A stretch of DNA of 64,000 nucleotides. Source: Chthoniobacterales bacterium (GTDB lineage Bacteria > Verrucomicrobiota > Verrucomicrobiia > Chthoniobacterales > UBA10450). The position numbers and the translations under genes were made by a program. Positions 63,198-64,000 of this stretch are shown here, one piece after another. The notes under the pieces were generated by a model, which was not told the DNA's origin, made no database searches, and saw only the letters and a list, made by a program, of their open reading frames with translations. The stretch covers positions 3,016-67,015 of the forward strand of contig JBJMXE010000091.1 of assembly GCA_045809745.1 (NCBI GenBank), written 5' to 3'. Positions within the stretch are counted from its first letter, which is position 1, and each line of letters begins with the position of its first letter.

Positions 63198-63329
63198 CGC
63201 CGATGAGGATGATTGCTGCGATCGGGCAGAGTCCACGATCACCAACCATGAAACGGGAGAGGATGGGGATACGATCATGATCAGGAGCAAGATCATGATT
63301 AGGATTAGGAAACAGCGGGCGGGGGCGGA

Positions 63330-64000
63330 TCAATCGCCGGTGGCGGAATACAGATCCAGATACTTTATTCCCGAACCGGTGTTGAAGATTACCACGCGAT
63401 CTGTCGCTGAAATCTCATCGCGCAACAGAGGCAAGGCAGCAAAACAAGCGGCACCTTCCGGAGCGACGAATAAGCCTTCTGCCGCGCCGACCTGCCGTGT
63501 TACCTCAATCATCTTGTCATCATCGATCGCGATTGCGCCGCCGCCGGACTCGCGCAAAATCCGGAGCATTAGAAAATCGGCGACCGCTTTCGGCACTCGC
63601 AATCCCGAAGCGACGGTATGAGCGTTGGGGAATTCGGTGGCACTTGTTTCGTTAGCCTCGAATGCCCGCACAATCGGCGCGCAACCACTGGCTTGGATGG
63701 AAAACATACGTGGGCGTTTCGATCCGATCCATCCCATTGCCTCCATCTCATCGAACGCTTTCCACATTCCGATCAGGCCGGTGCCGCCGCCCGTTGGATA
63801 AAGGATCATGTCAGGCAACTGCCAGCGCATTTGCTCGGCCAGTTCGTAGCCCAGCGTTTTCTTCCCCTCGAGACGATAAGGCTCCTTCAGAGTGGACATG
63901 TCGAACCAGCCTTCATCCGATTTGCGCCGGCCGATCTCCGCTCCGCAGTCAGTGATGAGTCCGTCGATTAACGTCACATGCGCTCCGAACTCGCGGCACT
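63330..64000 (-). CDS. thrC: threonine synthase, C-terminal part (5' end beyond window)
   Basis: PLP-fold motifs [26 protein letters not shown] and FNTGSGIKY. The reading frame stays open to the window edge. Confidence 0.8.
   Translation of the reverse strand, partial: CREFGAHVTLIDGLITDCGAEIGRRKSDEGWFDMSTLKEPYRLEGKKTLGYELAEQMRWQLPDMILYPTGGGTGLIGMWKAFDEMEAMGWIGSKRPRMFSIQASGCAPIVRAFEANETSATEFPNAHTVASGLRVPKAVADFLMLRILRESGGGAIAIDDDKMIEVTRQVGAAEGLFVAPEGAACFAALPLLRDEISATDRVVIFNTGSGIKYLDLYSATGD

Noticed and set aside
1-64000. GTTAGGC as a Chi-like or KOPS-like polar motif.
   Set aside because: Those motifs are strongly skewed toward one strand within a replichore. Here the two orientations are nearly equal, at 20 versus 24 on the top strand and 18 versus 22 relative to gene sense.
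1-64000. GTTAGGC enrichment as a by-product of codon or dipeptide preference.
   Set aside because: The word occurs in two reading frames in each orientation and also in intergenic DNA. It relies on the rare codons TTA, CTA and AGG, and it contains TAG/TAA in one frame. Protein-level bias should deplete it rather than enrich it.

Overview
64-kb chromosomal window, moderately GC-rich by eye, with about 55 protein-coding genes on both strands. I saw no rRNA, tRNA, CRISPR array, transposase, integrase or phage gene. The gene content resembles a soil Verrucomicrobiota- or Acidobacteriota-type genome; this is inference from the ADOP-type orphan permease, the large Asp-box propeller proteins and the FYRL-type C-terminal domains.

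Gene content in order:
- RmlC-like cupin and GT2 glycosyltransferase
- nitronate monooxygenase
- class III nucleotidyl cyclase with TPR repeats
- ABC-F ATPase
- ECF sigma/anti-sigma pair, divergent from a Tat-metallophosphoesterase / DUF2231 / cytochrome c operon
- a run of large secreted glycan-active proteins: a tandem DUF642-like protein, two Asp-box propellers, a choice-of-anchor-Q beta-helix protein and a LamG-GH28 fusion
- a sugar locus: membrane-anchored pullulanase, OprB porin, FucP/GluP-type MFS transporter, cupin, fructokinase
- DDAH, an FMN-dependent hydroxy-acid oxidase and SurE
- a TetR / HlyD / DHA2-MFS efflux operon
- SDR, DUF885, ADOP permease, cupins, a PEP-mutase family protein and a partial threonine synthase

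Main second-look items:
1. The heptamer GTTAGGC/GCCTAAC occurs 44 times against about 8 expected. It is strand-symmetric, sits in several reading frames and in intergenic DNA, and often uses rare codons.
2. A family of GTAG-headed REP/REPIN-like hairpins has several stem classes, a 121-bp tandem array and a compensatory base-pair change.
3. A ~95-bp MITE-like element carries the palindrome TCCCGCGGCCGCGGGA and brackets a hydrolase gene.
4. Four unrelated secreted proteins share a ~70-aa C-terminal domain ending in [FY][FY]R[LI].
5. A 13-bp perfect inverted repeat carries ECF -35-like boxes in the sigma/operon divergent region.
6. An NTF2-like gene is split by a T7 run at a UUU-UGA shifty stop.

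All counts were made by eye from the sequence and need computational confirmation.
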